A DNA stretch of 64,000 nucleotides from an uncultured Gammaproteobacteria bacterium. Its GTDB lineage: Bacteria; Pseudomonadota; Gammaproteobacteria; Steroidobacterales; Woeseiaceae. Position 1 is the stretch's first letter. Every line of letters starts with the position of its first letter. Below the pieces are notes generated by a model. It was not told the DNA's origin. It worked only from the letters and a program-made list of their open reading frames with translations, and did not search any database. The stretch lies in assembly GCA_963698895.1 (NCBI GenBank), contig CAVOSO010000005.1:6381-70380 (forward strand), read 5' to 3'. Below, piece after piece: positions 34,949-44,989 of the stretch. A program made the translations under genes and the position numbers.

Positions 34949-36127
34949 TCAGAAATACCAGGCTATCTGGGCAAACACGGCCGCATCGAGCGACAGGTAG
35001 CGATCGGGTAACACTGACTCGATGCCTCCCAGCTCACTGCCATTCGGGCCAAGCGGTACATTCAGGCTGCCAAGCAAGGTCAGGTTATCGGACAGGCTGT
35101 AGTTCGTCACGAGCTGGAACAGCGCACTCGGGTCGGCGGCATTCACGAGCAGCGTCGGCGTCATGGTCCACAGCGGCGTCATCTCGATCATCACGTTCGC
35201 CGCCAGGTAGTGGCGCCCCATCGTAAAGAGCTCGCCCGGGTTGTAAGGGCCGCTCCCCTGGCCGAAGCCGTTGTAGTAGTACTCGATGGCGCCGCTCATG
35301 TTTTTACCACCCGCGACCCAGGAGTACATCAGGTTGGTGACGAACTGGGTGCGCGTGCCGGAACTCGTGTCGGTCGCAACGAGATCGGCACTCCACACCG
35401 CACCACCGATGGGGTGTGCCGCGCCCACGCCGACAACCGTATCGCCATAACTGCGCGCGACGAGCACATCGAACTCTGCAGTGCCTGCAAAGCCATGGTA
35501 CTTCGCTGCCGCGGTAGCCTGGTCCGACGCCACGTCACCCGTCGCCGGGTCGCGGCGCGCAACATAGGCGCCCTGCACGTCGTTGCCGTTGTCCTGCAGG
35601 TATTGCAGGTACAGCATGTCGTCGCCGGCCTTGTATTCCGTATCGATGGTCGCCGGATTGAAGGGGTTCACGAGGTCCATCGGTGCAAAGACCAGGCCAT
35701 TGCCCCAGGAGAGCGCCTGCCGCCCGATGCGAACGACGGTCTTCTCGCTCGTGTAGCCGAACCAGAAGCGGTCCAGCCGATGCAGGATCGCGCTGTCGCC
35801 ACCCTCGGTAATGACATCCGAGAAATTGAACAGCCGGCGGTCGTCGTTCGGTACTTCTCCATCCGCCCCGAGCGTGTCGCCCTGCAGACCGACGAGCTGG
35901 TAGGCGGAGTCGAATGTCCAGTGCCCGGCACTCACAGACAGGTTCAGCCGCAGGTCAGCGGTAAGGTCGAGCGCGCTCGAGCCGACCAGCTCGCGATAGA
36001 AACTGTCATCGGGAAAGCCCTGGCCGACAAGTCGTAGCTTGGTGTGGCCGCCGAACCCGGTCTCTATCTCGTCGGCCACGGCGACCGACGCCAGCAACAG
36101 GAACAGCAGTACGAGGCTACGCGGCAT
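34949..36127 (-). CDS. outer-membrane beta-barrel protein, unknown family
   Basis: The ATG at 36127 gives the signal peptide MPRSLVLLFLLLASVAVA. Alternating beta-strand-like sequence with a C-terminal ...QIAWYF. Its start overlaps the ABC ATPase stop. Confidence 0.6.
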   Translation of the reverse strand: MPRSLVLLFLLLASVAVADEIETGFGGHTKLRLVGQGFPDDSFYRELVGSSALDLTADLRLNLSVSAGHWTFDSAYQLVGLQGDTLGADGEVPNDDRRLFNFSDVITEGGDSAILHRLDRFWFGYTSEKTVVRIGRQALSWGNGLVFAPMDLVNPFNPATIDTEYKAGDDMLYLQYLQDNGNDVQGAYVARRDPATGDVASDQATAAAKYHGFAGTAEFDVLVARSYGDTVVGVGAAHPIGGAVWSADLVATDTSSGTRTQFVTNLMYSWVAGGKNMSGAIEYYYNGFGQGSGPYNPGELFTMGRHYLAANVMIEMTPLWTMTPTLLVNAADPSALFQLVTNYSLSDNLTLLGSLNVPLGPNGSELGGIESVLPDRYLSLDAAVFAQIAWYF

Positions 36128-36812
36128 GCTGCTCGACATCGTCGACGATGCGCCCGTCGAGCATGCGCACCAGGCGTTTCGCATAGGACTGCACGCGCTG
36201 GTCATGCGTCGCGATGATGAAGGTCGTGTTGTGGTGCTCATTGAGCTCGGTAAACAACTCCATGAGCTCGGCCGAGGTTTTCGAGTCGAGGTTGGCCGTC
36301 GGCTCGTCGGCGAGCACGAGCTCGGGCCGCGATACGATCGCGCGCGCCACGGCCACGCGCTGCTGCTGGCCGCCGGACATCTCGGCGGGCCGGCGAGTCT
36401 CCAGTCCCTTGAGGCCGACTTCCTCGAGAATCGCGAACGATTTCGCGCGCCGTTCGGACGCGGCGACGCCCTGCACCTGCATGACGAACTCCACGTTTTC
36501 CTGCGCTGTCAGCACGGGTATCAGGTTGTAAGCCTGGAACACGAAACCGATATTGGCCAGGCGCAGGTCGGCGAGCTCCCCCTTGCTCATCTGGTCGATG
36601 CGCTCATCGGCAATCCAGATTTCGCCGCTGTCGGGAATATCGAGACCGCCGATGGCGTTCAGCAGTGTCGTCTTGCCGCCGCCGGACGGCGACATCAGGC
36701 AGACGAATTCGCCTTTGTCGATGTCGACACTCAGGTGATCGAGGGCCTTGATGTCCTGGTCACCCTGGCGGTAGGTCTTGCATAAGTCGATACAACGTAC
36801 TGCTGTCATCAC
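36117..36812 (-). CDS. ABC transporter ATP-binding protein (LolD/MacB type)
   Basis: Walker A SPSGGGKTT, signature MSGGQQQRVAVARA, Walker B LVLADEPT. Confidence 0.9.
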   Translation of the reverse strand: MMTAVRCIDLCKTYRQGDQDIKALDHLSVDIDKGEFVCLMSPSGGGKTTLLNAIGGLDIPDSGEIWIADERIDQMSKGELADLRLANIGFVFQAYNLIPVLTAQENVEFVMQVQGVAASERRAKSFAILEEVGLKGLETRRPAEMSGGQQQRVAVARAIVSRPELVLADEPTANLDSKTSAELMELFTELNEHHNTTFIIATHDQRVQSYAKRLVRMLDGRIVDDVEQHAA

Positions 36813-38044
36813 TGCACCTTTGTAATTGCTTCAACGGGCTCGTAACGCGACGCTCGCCACGCCGGTGACAGGCTCGCGAGAAAACCGAGCACCAGGACGA
36901 CGACATTCGCGAGAATGACGTCGTCGATATCGAGATTCGGGTACAACATGCTGGACGCGCCGAACATCTCCATGCCCTTCGCAACGACGGAGATGTCGAT
37001 GCCGCCTTCGAGCGGCTTGATCGTCGCCCAGGCCAGCAGGTCGCCGATCAGCAGGCCGACGGCCAGCAGCATCATGGATTCGATGATGATCTGTCCGAGG
37101 ATCATCGCCGGCTTCATGCCGAGCGCCAGCATCAGGCCGATTTCGCGAATGCGCTCGAACACGGCCATCACGAGCGTGTTCACAAGGCCGAAGGACAGTG
37201 CCAGGAAGATCACGATCACCCAGATCAGCATGAAACCGTCCATCATGCCCATCATCGTGCCGAGATAGGTGTCGACCTCCGTCCAGCGGCTCACCAGGAC
37301 CGAGTCGTCGACCTGCGCGGCAACCTTGTCGAACACGGGCTCGACATCGCGATAGTCATCGCCCACGAACACCACCTCGGAAACCGTGTCACCGATGCGC
37401 AGCATGTCCTGCGCAGTGTGTTTGCCGATGAATGCGTAGGATTCCTCCGTCGCCTCCATCTCGGCATGAAACAGGCCGACCACGCGGAAGCCGCGATCGG
37501 CAATTTCATTGTCGGGATCCTGGCTCATGATGACGATGCGCTTGCCGACACGCGTTTCGAGCGTGTCTGCCAGCTTCGCGCCGATCACCACGCCCTTGTC
37601 GTCGGGGCCTTCGAGGAAACGGCCGTCGACGGCATCGTAGTCGACGAACGAGAAGCTGCGCTCCGCCTCTGGATCGATGCCGAGCAGCGTAACGCCGCGC
37701 GACTCGCGTTCGCTCGTAACCACCGCGGGTACGCGGACCCTGCTGGCCCAGGAGGAAAACCCGGCGTCGCCGAACCGCGCCGTGAGTTCGGTGTCGGTGT
37801 ACGCGATACGATTGTTGACGCTCGGATCGTCCAGGTAGTCCGGGTTGTGAATCTGCACATGCCCGGGAATGACGCTGATGCCATCGGCGATCATCTGGTC
37901 CACCATGCCGCGCGTCAGTGCCGTCATGAAGATCATCGCCCAGGTACCCACGGCGATGGCGCTCAGCATGACGATCGTGCGCCGATGGTTGCGCCACAGG
38001 TAGCGCCAGGCGAGCCGGCTCAGCACGAAGAACATATGCATCAA
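36809..38044 (-). CDS. ABC transporter permease, FtsX/MacB-like
   Basis: 411 aa. N-terminal TM segment, a large periplasmic loop and three C-terminal TM segments. Overlaps its neighbours by 4 nt. Confidence 0.85.
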   Translation of the reverse strand: MMHMFFVLSRLAWRYLWRNHRRTIVMLSAIAVGTWAMIFMTALTRGMVDQMIADGISVIPGHVQIHNPDYLDDPSVNNRIAYTDTELTARFGDAGFSSWASRVRVPAVVTSERESRGVTLLGIDPEAERSFSFVDYDAVDGRFLEGPDDKGVVIGAKLADTLETRVGKRIVIMSQDPDNEIADRGFRVVGLFHAEMEATEESYAFIGKHTAQDMLRIGDTVSEVVFVGDDYRDVEPVFDKVAAQVDDSVLVSRWTEVDTYLGTMMGMMDGFMLIWVIVIFLALSFGLVNTLVMAVFERIREIGLMLALGMKPAMILGQIIIESMMLLAVGLLIGDLLAWATIKPLEGGIDISVVAKGMEMFGASSMLYPNLDIDDVILANVVVLVLGFLASLSPAWRASRYEPVEAITKVQ

Positions 38045-39270
38045 TTGGTCCTCATCGCTTCGACCGGGTGCAGGCGCTGCAGGCGCAGCGCCGGATACGC
38101 CGCGGCGGCCAGCGTGAATACAAACACGACCAGCGGGCCCGCGAACATCGTGAGCAGCGTGGCCCGCGGGTAAACACGCCCCGGCAGGTTGAAGTTGGCC
38201 ACCATCTCCTCCATGCCCGGGTACGAGAAGCCGTTGACCGTAAACCAGGTCGTGAACAGCGCGCCGGCCAGCGCACCCAGGAACATGCCGATCAGCCCCA
38301 TCATGGCCGTTTCCAGCATGACCAGGCGACCGAGCCGCCCCGGCTTCAGGCCGAGCGCCATGACGATGCCGAACTCGTGCGTTCTCTCGAGCACCGACAT
38401 GAGCTGCGTATTCAGGACGCTGAATGCCACGAGAATGACGAGAATGCCGTACATGAAGAACGCACTGCTTATATCCGCCTGGATGGCTTGCTTGAGGCCG
38501 GGCTGCAGCGCATCCCAGCCCTCCACAACCAGTCCGTCATCGCCGGCCAGCAGCCCCTCTACGCGTGACTGCAGCAGTGCGGCCTGGTTTAGCTCGGGCG
38601 CGAGCAGCACGACCTGGTGCCCGGCGCCATCCATGTAGAACACGTCCTGGAAGGTTCCGAGCGGCATCTCGGCGATGTTCCGGTCGATCTCCTTGACGCC
38701 ACTGTCGAAGATACCGACAACGTCAACGACCGCCGCCGCAAACGATCCGTCGAGCCCGCTGCCGAGCAGGGTCAGTTCGTCGCCGACACCGATGCGCAGG
38801 TTGCGCGCGAGCGTGGCGCCGATCACGATCTCGGCCGCATCGTTGCCCTCGAGATAGCGGCCCTGCTTGATCAGTCCCGGGATGTTCGACACCTTTGGCT
38901 CGTAAGCCGGCTCCACGCCGTAGATCCCGATCCCGTAACTCCGTTCGGCGCTCGATGCCAGGCCGAATGCCCAGCCGCGCGCGGCAATCGTGTCGCTCCC
39001 GAGTTCGCCGCGCAGGCGCGCGGCCAGCGGCCGCACGTCGTGAACGACCTGGCGCATTTTCTGGTCGTCCTTGTAGCCCGGCGCCTGGATCTGCATGTGG
39101 CCGCTGAAGACCTGCAGCGTGTTGTTGATCATGAGGCCGTACATGCCGAACTGCAGCGAGATCATGAAGACGAGCAAGGTGTTCGAGAACACCATGGCCC
39201 CGATCGTGAGCCAGGTCCGGCGTGAATGCCGCCACAGGTTTCGCCATGCCAGGCGCAGGACGATGTTCAT
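38041..39270 (-). CDS. ABC transporter permease, FtsX/MacB-like (paralogue)
   Basis: 409 aa with the same architecture as 36809..38044. Confidence 0.85.
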   Translation of the reverse strand: MNIVLRLAWRNLWRHSRRTWLTIGAMVFSNTLLVFMISLQFGMYGLMINNTLQVFSGHMQIQAPGYKDDQKMRQVVHDVRPLAARLRGELGSDTIAARGWAFGLASSAERSYGIGIYGVEPAYEPKVSNIPGLIKQGRYLEGNDAAEIVIGATLARNLRIGVGDELTLLGSGLDGSFAAAVVDVVGIFDSGVKEIDRNIAEMPLGTFQDVFYMDGAGHQVVLLAPELNQAALLQSRVEGLLAGDDGLVVEGWDALQPGLKQAIQADISSAFFMYGILVILVAFSVLNTQLMSVLERTHEFGIVMALGLKPGRLGRLVMLETAMMGLIGMFLGALAGALFTTWFTVNGFSYPGMEEMVANFNLPGRVYPRATLLTMFAGPLVVFVFTLAAAAYPALRLQRLHPVEAMRTN

Positions 39271-39285
39271 TATTGTCCTCTCCCG

Positions 39286-40038
39286 CTAGTCCCGCGGGTT
39301 TCTGAGGTTCGACAGCGTGAAGAGACTGTCTTTCAAATCGAGTTCGTACTCGACTTCCTCGACGGCAATTTCGGTCCATTCATCGGGACTGTCCGTCTTG
39401 CTCATGCGTTGTCGTTTCGCGATCGTTCTCCCGCCCATCTCGGTGATTTCCAGCGACAGCAGCGTCTTCACGAGTTCGCCGTCCTGGTCGTAGAACGCGT
39501 GCTCGAGCACGACATGGTCCTCGCGAATGGTCAGCACTTCCCTGCCCCAGACCACCGCCGCGTCCTCGAGCGGGATCGACTCGATCTCGTAGACCGTGAT
39601 GCCGTCGACGTCACTCGTGGACAGGATCGTATGCGTATAGAAATCGACGATGTCATCCGCGCGGGAGACATCCTTGTTCGAAAAGTCGGAGCCCATCCAG
39701 CTTTGCCCCATCATCGATGACGGGACCTTGATGACGCGATTGATCTTGGGCGAAAACGTCCACATGCTGTTGTCGTCGGTGAGCGTGCCGTTGCCGCGGT
39801 CTTTTTTCGGCTCCATGACCCGCACGAGAGACCGGTCGTCACCCTTGGTCCACGCCTCCATGGTCATCGAGCGCTCCCAGTCCGGACGATGAATGACCAT
39901 GGTCATCACCGTGTACGAGGTCAGTCCTCGCCAGTGGTCTACGGCGTCCCGGACGATCTGTGTCGCATCGCGCTCGTCGTCCGCCGCGAAGGCCGGTAGT
40001 GCCAGGAACAGGAGGGGTAGCAGGAGTCGCTTGTTCAT
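39286..40038 (-). CDS. LolA-like outer membrane lipoprotein-sorting protein family
   Basis: The ATG at 40038 gives the signal peptide MNKRLLLPLLFLALPAFAAD. Sequence of the type DHWRGLTSYTVMTMVIHRPDWER...WMGSDFSNKD. First gene of the ABC cluster. Confidence 0.7.
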   Translation of the reverse strand: MNKRLLLPLLFLALPAFAADDERDATQIVRDAVDHWRGLTSYTVMTMVIHRPDWERSMTMEAWTKGDDRSLVRVMEPKKDRGNGTLTDDNSMWTFSPKINRVIKVPSSMMGQSWMGSDFSNKDVSRADDIVDFYTHTILSTSDVDGITVYEIESIPLEDAAVVWGREVLTIREDHVVLEHAFYDQDGELVKTLLSLEITEMGGRTIAKRQRMSKTDSPDEWTEIAVEEVEYELDLKDSLFTLSNLRNPRD

Positions 40039-40145
40039 GAGGGCTTGGACCATAAGCTTAGGCCAACGCTCAGTATTTCACATCTGTAGTTACCGAGCAT
40101 CCGGTCCGTCTGCTAAGCTTGCGCGACAGTTTCGGGGGACCCTGT

Positions 40146-41909
40146 ATGGGCAGCTTTCTTGAAGAGTTAAAACGACGCAACGTCGCGAAGGTCGCACTGG
40201 TCTATATCATTGCCGGCTGGCTGACGATGCAGGTCGTCGATGTCATGTTCCCCGCCCTGAAACTGCCCGAGTGGCTCATCTCGGCCGTGGCCGCCTTCGT
40301 CATCATCGGCTTTCCGTTTGCGCTTATATTTGCCTGGGCCTTCGAAATGACGCCCGAGGGGATCAAGCGTGAGAAGGATGTCGTGCGCGATGAGTCGATC
40401 GCGCCCCAGACCGGGCAGAAGCTCAATCATGTCGCACTGGTCATTCTTGCGATTGCCGTCGCCTTCCTGCTCGTCGACAAGTTCATGCTGCAGCCGGAGC
40501 CCGTTGCGACCGACGACGAGATCGTGGCGACCGCGCCCGAAGAGAAACCATCGATCGCCGTATTGCCCTTCGTCAACATGAGCGATGAGCGGGAGAACGA
40601 GTATTTCTCGGACGGCCTGTCGGAAGAGCTCCTGAACCTGCTCGCCAAGATCCCGCAGTTGCACGTCGCGGGACGCACGTCGTCGTTCAAGTTCAAGGGC
40701 ACGAACGAGGACCTGCGCATCATCGGCGAGGCGCTTAACGTCAAGCACCTGCTCGAGGGCAGTGTTCGCAGGTCAGGCCCGAGATTACGAATCACGGCGC
40801 AGCTCATCGACACCGAAAACGGTTACCACCTGTGGTCGGAAACCTACGATCGCGACCTGACCGACATCTTCGCCATCCAGGACGAAATCGCAGGCCATGT
40901 CGTGGAGGCACTAAAGGCGCACTTGCTGGGTGCGGAAGTCGCCGTGGCGGACCAGGGCACGACCAACGTCGAGGCCTACAACCAGTTCCTGCGGGGCAAT
41001 TACTTCCTGGATGACACGAGCGCCGAGAACCTCGAGAAAGCACGCACCGCCTACGAAACGGCAATAGCGCTGGATCCGGGTTTTGCGCGCGCCTACGCCG
41101 GACTTGCCGTCGCCCTGCAGCAGACCTACAGCGGCTGGGCAACGAGCAGCGGCGGTGAATTTATCGAGAATTTCGAGAAGATTCGCCAGGTAGCCGACAA
41201 GGCAGCCGAGCTCGCGCCCGCTCATTCCGAGTCTCTCATCGCCCAGACCGTCGTTGCCCTGCTCGTGGACTGGGACTTGCCGGCCGCCCGCGCGAGTACG
41301 GCCAAAGCGCTCGAGAATTCGCCAAACGACCTGGCGGCACTGGGCTGGCACGGCTCGGTCCTGCTCTTCCTCGGTGAATTCGATAAGGCGGAGAAAGTGA
41401 TTCGTGCGGCGCTCGATGTGGACCCCTTGTCGCTGGCGACGCTACGCACGCTCGGTGACTATTACATGGCGACCGACCGCTGCGATCTCGCGGTGGAGAC
41501 CTACGAACGTGCCCTGAGTCTCTCGCCCGATACCGGACGATTCTACGGCCGCATCGCGCGCTGCAAACTTTTCCAGGGAGACCTCGAAGCGGCGAAGATT
41601 TTCAATGCGAAAGAGCCCGTCACCTGGGTGCGCGAGACCAATGACCTGATCATCGAGGGGCGTGGCGGGGTGACAGAGGCATGGCTCGCGGCGGTCGCCG
41701 ACTATGAGAGCCGGTACGGCTTCGGCAACTCCTACCAGATGGCCGAGATTTACGCGGACCTCGGCGATCTCGACAAGACCTTCGAGTGGCTCGACCACAC
41801 GGCACGCGTCAAGGATCCCGGCGGGCCATGGGCGCTGATCATGCCGTTCTTCGATGAGGCCAAGAAAGATCCGCGCTTCAGCGAGTACCGGGCCAAACTC
41901 GGCCTGTAG
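40146..41909 (+). CDS. membrane-anchored TPR repeat protein with TolB-N-like module
   Basis: MGSFLEELKRRNVAKVALVYIIAGWLTMQV..., then IAVLPFVNMSDERENEYFSDGLSEELL and C-terminal TPR repeats. Its periplasmic part is paralogous to that of 20734..22620. Confidence 0.7.
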   Translation: MGSFLEELKRRNVAKVALVYIIAGWLTMQVVDVMFPALKLPEWLISAVAAFVIIGFPFALIFAWAFEMTPEGIKREKDVVRDESIAPQTGQKLNHVALVILAIAVAFLLVDKFMLQPEPVATDDEIVATAPEEKPSIAVLPFVNMSDERENEYFSDGLSEELLNLLAKIPQLHVAGRTSSFKFKGTNEDLRIIGEALNVKHLLEGSVRRSGPRLRITAQLIDTENGYHLWSETYDRDLTDIFAIQDEIAGHVVEALKAHLLGAEVAVADQGTTNVEAYNQFLRGNYFLDDTSAENLEKARTAYETAIALDPGFARAYAGLAVALQQTYSGWATSSGGEFIENFEKIRQVADKAAELAPAHSESLIAQTVVALLVDWDLPAARASTAKALENSPNDLAALGWHGSVLLFLGEFDKAEKVIRAALDVDPLSLATLRTLGDYYMATDRCDLAVETYERALSLSPDTGRFYGRIARCKLFQGDLEAAKIFNAKEPVTWVRETNDLIIEGRGGVTEAWLAAVADYESRYGFGNSYQMAEIYADLGDLDKTFEWLDHTARVKDPGGPWALIMPFFDEAKKDPRFSEYRAKLGL

Positions 41910-42038
41910 CCCGTAACTTCAACGGTTAATCAACTACTTGCGGAAATACTGTAGGTGTTTCTCGCAATGGCGCACGCCCCCCTCGGGGATAGACTCAAAT
42001 ACGGGAGGAACAACAAGAGAAAGAAGAAAGGACGGACA

Positions 42039-42500
42039 ATGTTCAGCATCGAAGCAATCATGAGTACCAACCTGATCACGGTGCCGCCGTCCGCGACTCT
42101 GGCCGAGGCTCGGACTCTGATGCACGACAACCGGATCCATCATCTTCCGGTCATGGATGGCGAAAAGCTGACAGGCCTTATCTCGTTAACCAACGTCCTG
42201 GCCGCTACCGACAGTTTCCTGCGTGACGACGGTTCTCGAATTCATGCCAATGAGATCAGTATCAAAGACGTCATGGTGCACGATGTTGCAACCGTCGACG
42301 TGAATGCCAGCCTGCGTCACGCTGCGTTGTTTCTCGAGAAACACAAGATCGGTTGCCTGCCGGTTCTCGACGGTGGCGACCTCGTCGGCATCATTACCGA
42401 CACGGACTTCGTCGCGGTCGCGATCAACCTCCTCGAACAGATCGAAGAGACGGAACCGGATATCGACGACGATGACTACGACGACCTGGACGTCGCCTGA
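42039..42500 (+). CDS. CBS domain pair protein with acidic tail
   Basis: Two CBS units (IMSTNLITV...HHLPVMDGEKLTGLIS and VMVHDVATV...GCLPVLDGGDLVGIIT). The tail reads EPDIDDDDYDDLDVA. Confidence 0.8.
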   Translation: MFSIEAIMSTNLITVPPSATLAEARTLMHDNRIHHLPVMDGEKLTGLISLTNVLAATDSFLRDDGSRIHANEISIKDVMVHDVATVDVNASLRHAALFLEKHKIGCLPVLDGGDLVGIITDTDFVAVAINLLEQIEETEPDIDDDDYDDLDVA

Positions 42501-43570
42501 TTCGCAAGCCTCTTTCGTTCCCTGACGCGGAGCGCATGCTGCGCATCGCGCTCTGAGCCCAGCAAGATAGCCACCCAACGCGTTCGCTCGTCGTTTTCGA
42601 GCGCCATCTTCAGCGTCATTGTCAGCGGCACAGACAACAGCATCCCCACCGGCCCGAAGATCCAGCCCCATGCGATCAGGCCCACGAACACGACCAGCGG
42701 TGATATGCCGACACCATAGCCCATGAGGCGTGGTTCCAGCAGGTTGCCAAAAATAACGTTGATGAAAATAAAGCCCAATGCCGTCGCGCCGGCCGCACCC
42801 GGCCCAAACTGGATCAGTGCCAGCAGCACCGCGGGCACGGCTGCGATGATCGAACCGATGGTCGGGATGTAGTTCAACAGGAACGCAACCATCGCCCACA
42901 GCAAGGGGAAGTCGACGTGCAGCGCCCAGGTCAGCAAGCCTGCACACAGGCCCGTCATCAGGCTGACCAGGGTCTTGATGCCGAGATAACGACCGAGGTT
43001 CTGCATGAAGTCCCGCGCGCCCTCAAACGAGTCGGCGCTCCTGCCGAACGCTGCCTGGAACTTGGTCTTCGCGGTACCGGCTTCCAACAGGATGAAGATC
43101 ATCGTGAAGATAATAAGGAACGTATTCGTCAGCACGTCGCGCAAGGCATTCAGGATGGCGGCGACAAGACCCATGGCAAAGCCCGGGTCGATCATGTCGC
43201 TCATGCTTTCGGTCGATTCGTCGACGTTGAGGTTCTCGACGATAAACTTGAACACCTGTTCGTTCAGGGCGTCCAGTCGAGCCTGGTAGGTCGGTAGTGC
43301 CGCGGTAAACTCCGCGATCGAGGTACCGAGAATTGCGCCGACGATGACGAGCACCAACATGAGCATCGTGACGATGAGCAATGCCGCGAGCACCGAGGGA
43401 ACGCGATGGGCTTGCAGCCAGAGCATCGGCCGGACCGTGATAAGCGCGAGAAATGCGGCAATGAGGAACGGTACGAGCAGGACCGACATCATCTGCATGC
43501 CGTAGATCACGACAACCACGGCAGCGAGTATGATGATAGTGCTGGTTCTCTTTTCCTTTACGTACTCCAC
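42476..43570 (-). CDS. AI-2E family transporter (PerM/YhhT-like)
   Basis: 364-aa polytopic protein. ...LNYIPTIGSIIAAVPAVLLALIQ...ISPLVVFVGLIAWGWIFGPVGMLLSVPLT. Confidence 0.85.
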   Translation of the reverse strand: MEYVKEKRTSTIIILAAVVVVIYGMQMMSVLLVPFLIAAFLALITVRPMLWLQAHRVPSVLAALLIVTMLMLVLVIVGAILGTSIAEFTAALPTYQARLDALNEQVFKFIVENLNVDESTESMSDMIDPGFAMGLVAAILNALRDVLTNTFLIIFTMIFILLEAGTAKTKFQAAFGRSADSFEGARDFMQNLGRYLGIKTLVSLMTGLCAGLLTWALHVDFPLLWAMVAFLLNYIPTIGSIIAAVPAVLLALIQFGPGAAGATALGFIFINVIFGNLLEPRLMGYGVGISPLVVFVGLIAWGWIFGPVGMLLSVPLTMTLKMALENDERTRWVAILLGSERDAQHALRVRERKRLANQATSRSS

Positions 43571-43587
43571 GTCCGGATTGTCTCGCT

Positions 43588-43977
43588 CTATTTCTTTTCT
43601 TTGACCGTATACAGCTCGGCCTCTTCGCGCGTGAGCTGTTCGATTTTCACATTCCAGCGCGCCAGCGTTGAGCTGATCCGCAACTGGTACAGACCGGCGG
43701 TGTGAAACAGCTTAACGCCGTTGCCCCGGTACTTGGTGTAGAGAACCCGGCCGACGTGGCGGCTCGTCTTCGCCTCGATCAGGGTTATCTCGAGACCCAT
43801 CAGTTGCTCGTAGTCGCCGTCAAGGCGCCAATCGAGGACCCAGGGAGACTCGACGCGGAAGATTGCCGTCGTCATGTTGCCCGTCCCCTTGAACTCGGCG
43901 ACCCGGGTTTTGGCATCCGCGGGCAGACTGGCAAGGGCGAGCATGGCGGCAATGAAGAATACGCTTGGTTTTTGCAT
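43588..43977 (-). CDS. secreted hypothetical protein
   Basis: Signal peptide MQKPSVFFIAAMLALASLPADA. 129 aa. No recognisable family. Confidence 0.55.
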   Translation of the reverse strand: MQKPSVFFIAAMLALASLPADAKTRVAEFKGTGNMTTAIFRVESPWVLDWRLDGDYEQLMGLEITLIEAKTSRHVGRVLYTKYRGNGVKLFHTAGLYQLRISSTLARWNVKIEQLTREEAELYTVKEKK

Positions 43978-43996
43978 GTTGTCCTCTGGGCGGATT

Positions 43997-44893
43997 CTAG
44001 CACTTCAGGTAGTGCAGTGAGCTCGAAGAAAGCGCCTGCGCGTCGCGGCCGATGAGTGCTTCGAGCGCCTCGGCCGTGCCTGTGTTGCCCTCCTCGAGCA
44101 TCGTTAACTGGTCACGCGTGACCGGGTAGAACGGGAGCCAGTCGAACAGGGTTGCGCCCACGCGCATGACCCAGAGCGGCATCGGCAGTATCCACTTGTT
44201 CCTGCCGACAGCCGCGGCGATGCGCTCAATAATTTCCTTCCATTCCAGCGTCTCGGGACCGGCGAGCTCTATAGTCTGGCCCACGGTAGCGGGCGTAACG
44301 AGTGCGGCGCAGAACGCGTCGGCGACATCGATGACGCTGACGGGCGACAGGCGGACGCCGGGGAACGCAACCGCCGGCACCGGCACGTCGACCATGTCGT
44401 TGTGTAACTGCGTCACGAACTCCATCGTGCCACACGGATCGCCGAAAATGACGGACGGTCGCAGCACGGTCACATCGAGTCCACTGGCCAGGGCATGCTG
44501 TTCGGCCCGGTACTTGGTCGACTGGTACTTTGTACCCGGGTCTTTTGCCCCGATCGCACTCATCAGCAGCAGTCGCCCGACACCGGCCTCCTTTGCGGCG
44601 GCCACCGTATCCACGACGCCCTGGTACTGCGCCTTCTCGAACGTGATGCCGCGACGCGGAAACTCGCGCAACAGGCCGACGTTGTAGATGACCGCATCGC
44701 AACCCGCAAGCACGGCCGCCAGTGAGTCCGGGGAGTCGATGTCTCCGGCCACCACCTGCACCTTATCCGGCTGCCGCACCTTCTGCTCGCTGCCCGGACG
44801 GACGAGTACGCTGACACCGTGCCCGTGCCTCAGCAGGGCGTCGACCAGGTAACCGCCGACAAAACCTGTACCGCCAATAATTCCAACTCGCAC
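43997..44893 (-). CDS. NAD(P)H-binding SDR-family protein (NDUFA9/NmrA-like)
   Basis: MRVGIIGGTGFVGGYLVDALL is a Rossmann motif. 298 aa. Confidence 0.8.
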   Translation of the reverse strand: MRVGIIGGTGFVGGYLVDALLRHGHGVSVLVRPGSEQKVRQPDKVQVVAGDIDSPDSLAAVLAGCDAVIYNVGLLREFPRRGITFEKAQYQGVVDTVAAAKEAGVGRLLLMSAIGAKDPGTKYQSTKYRAEQHALASGLDVTVLRPSVIFGDPCGTMEFVTQLHNDMVDVPVPAVAFPGVRLSPVSVIDVADAFCAALVTPATVGQTIELAGPETLEWKEIIERIAAAVGRNKWILPMPLWVMRVGATLFDWLPFYPVTRDQLTMLEEGNTGTAEALEALIGRDAQALSSSSLHYLKC

Positions 44894-44989
44894 CGGACGC
44901 GTACTCCTAATCGTTAATTGTGTAGCTTGTCAGACAGGGTGTGGCATAAAAATATCCCTGTAAACCGGTTTGCCGCTCTGCTGCGCCGG

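Noticed and set aside
42476-42500. 25-nt convergent overlap of the CBS and AI-2E genes as a regulatory antisense feature
   Set aside because: Short 3'-3' overlaps are common in compact GC-rich genomes, and there is no additional structure.
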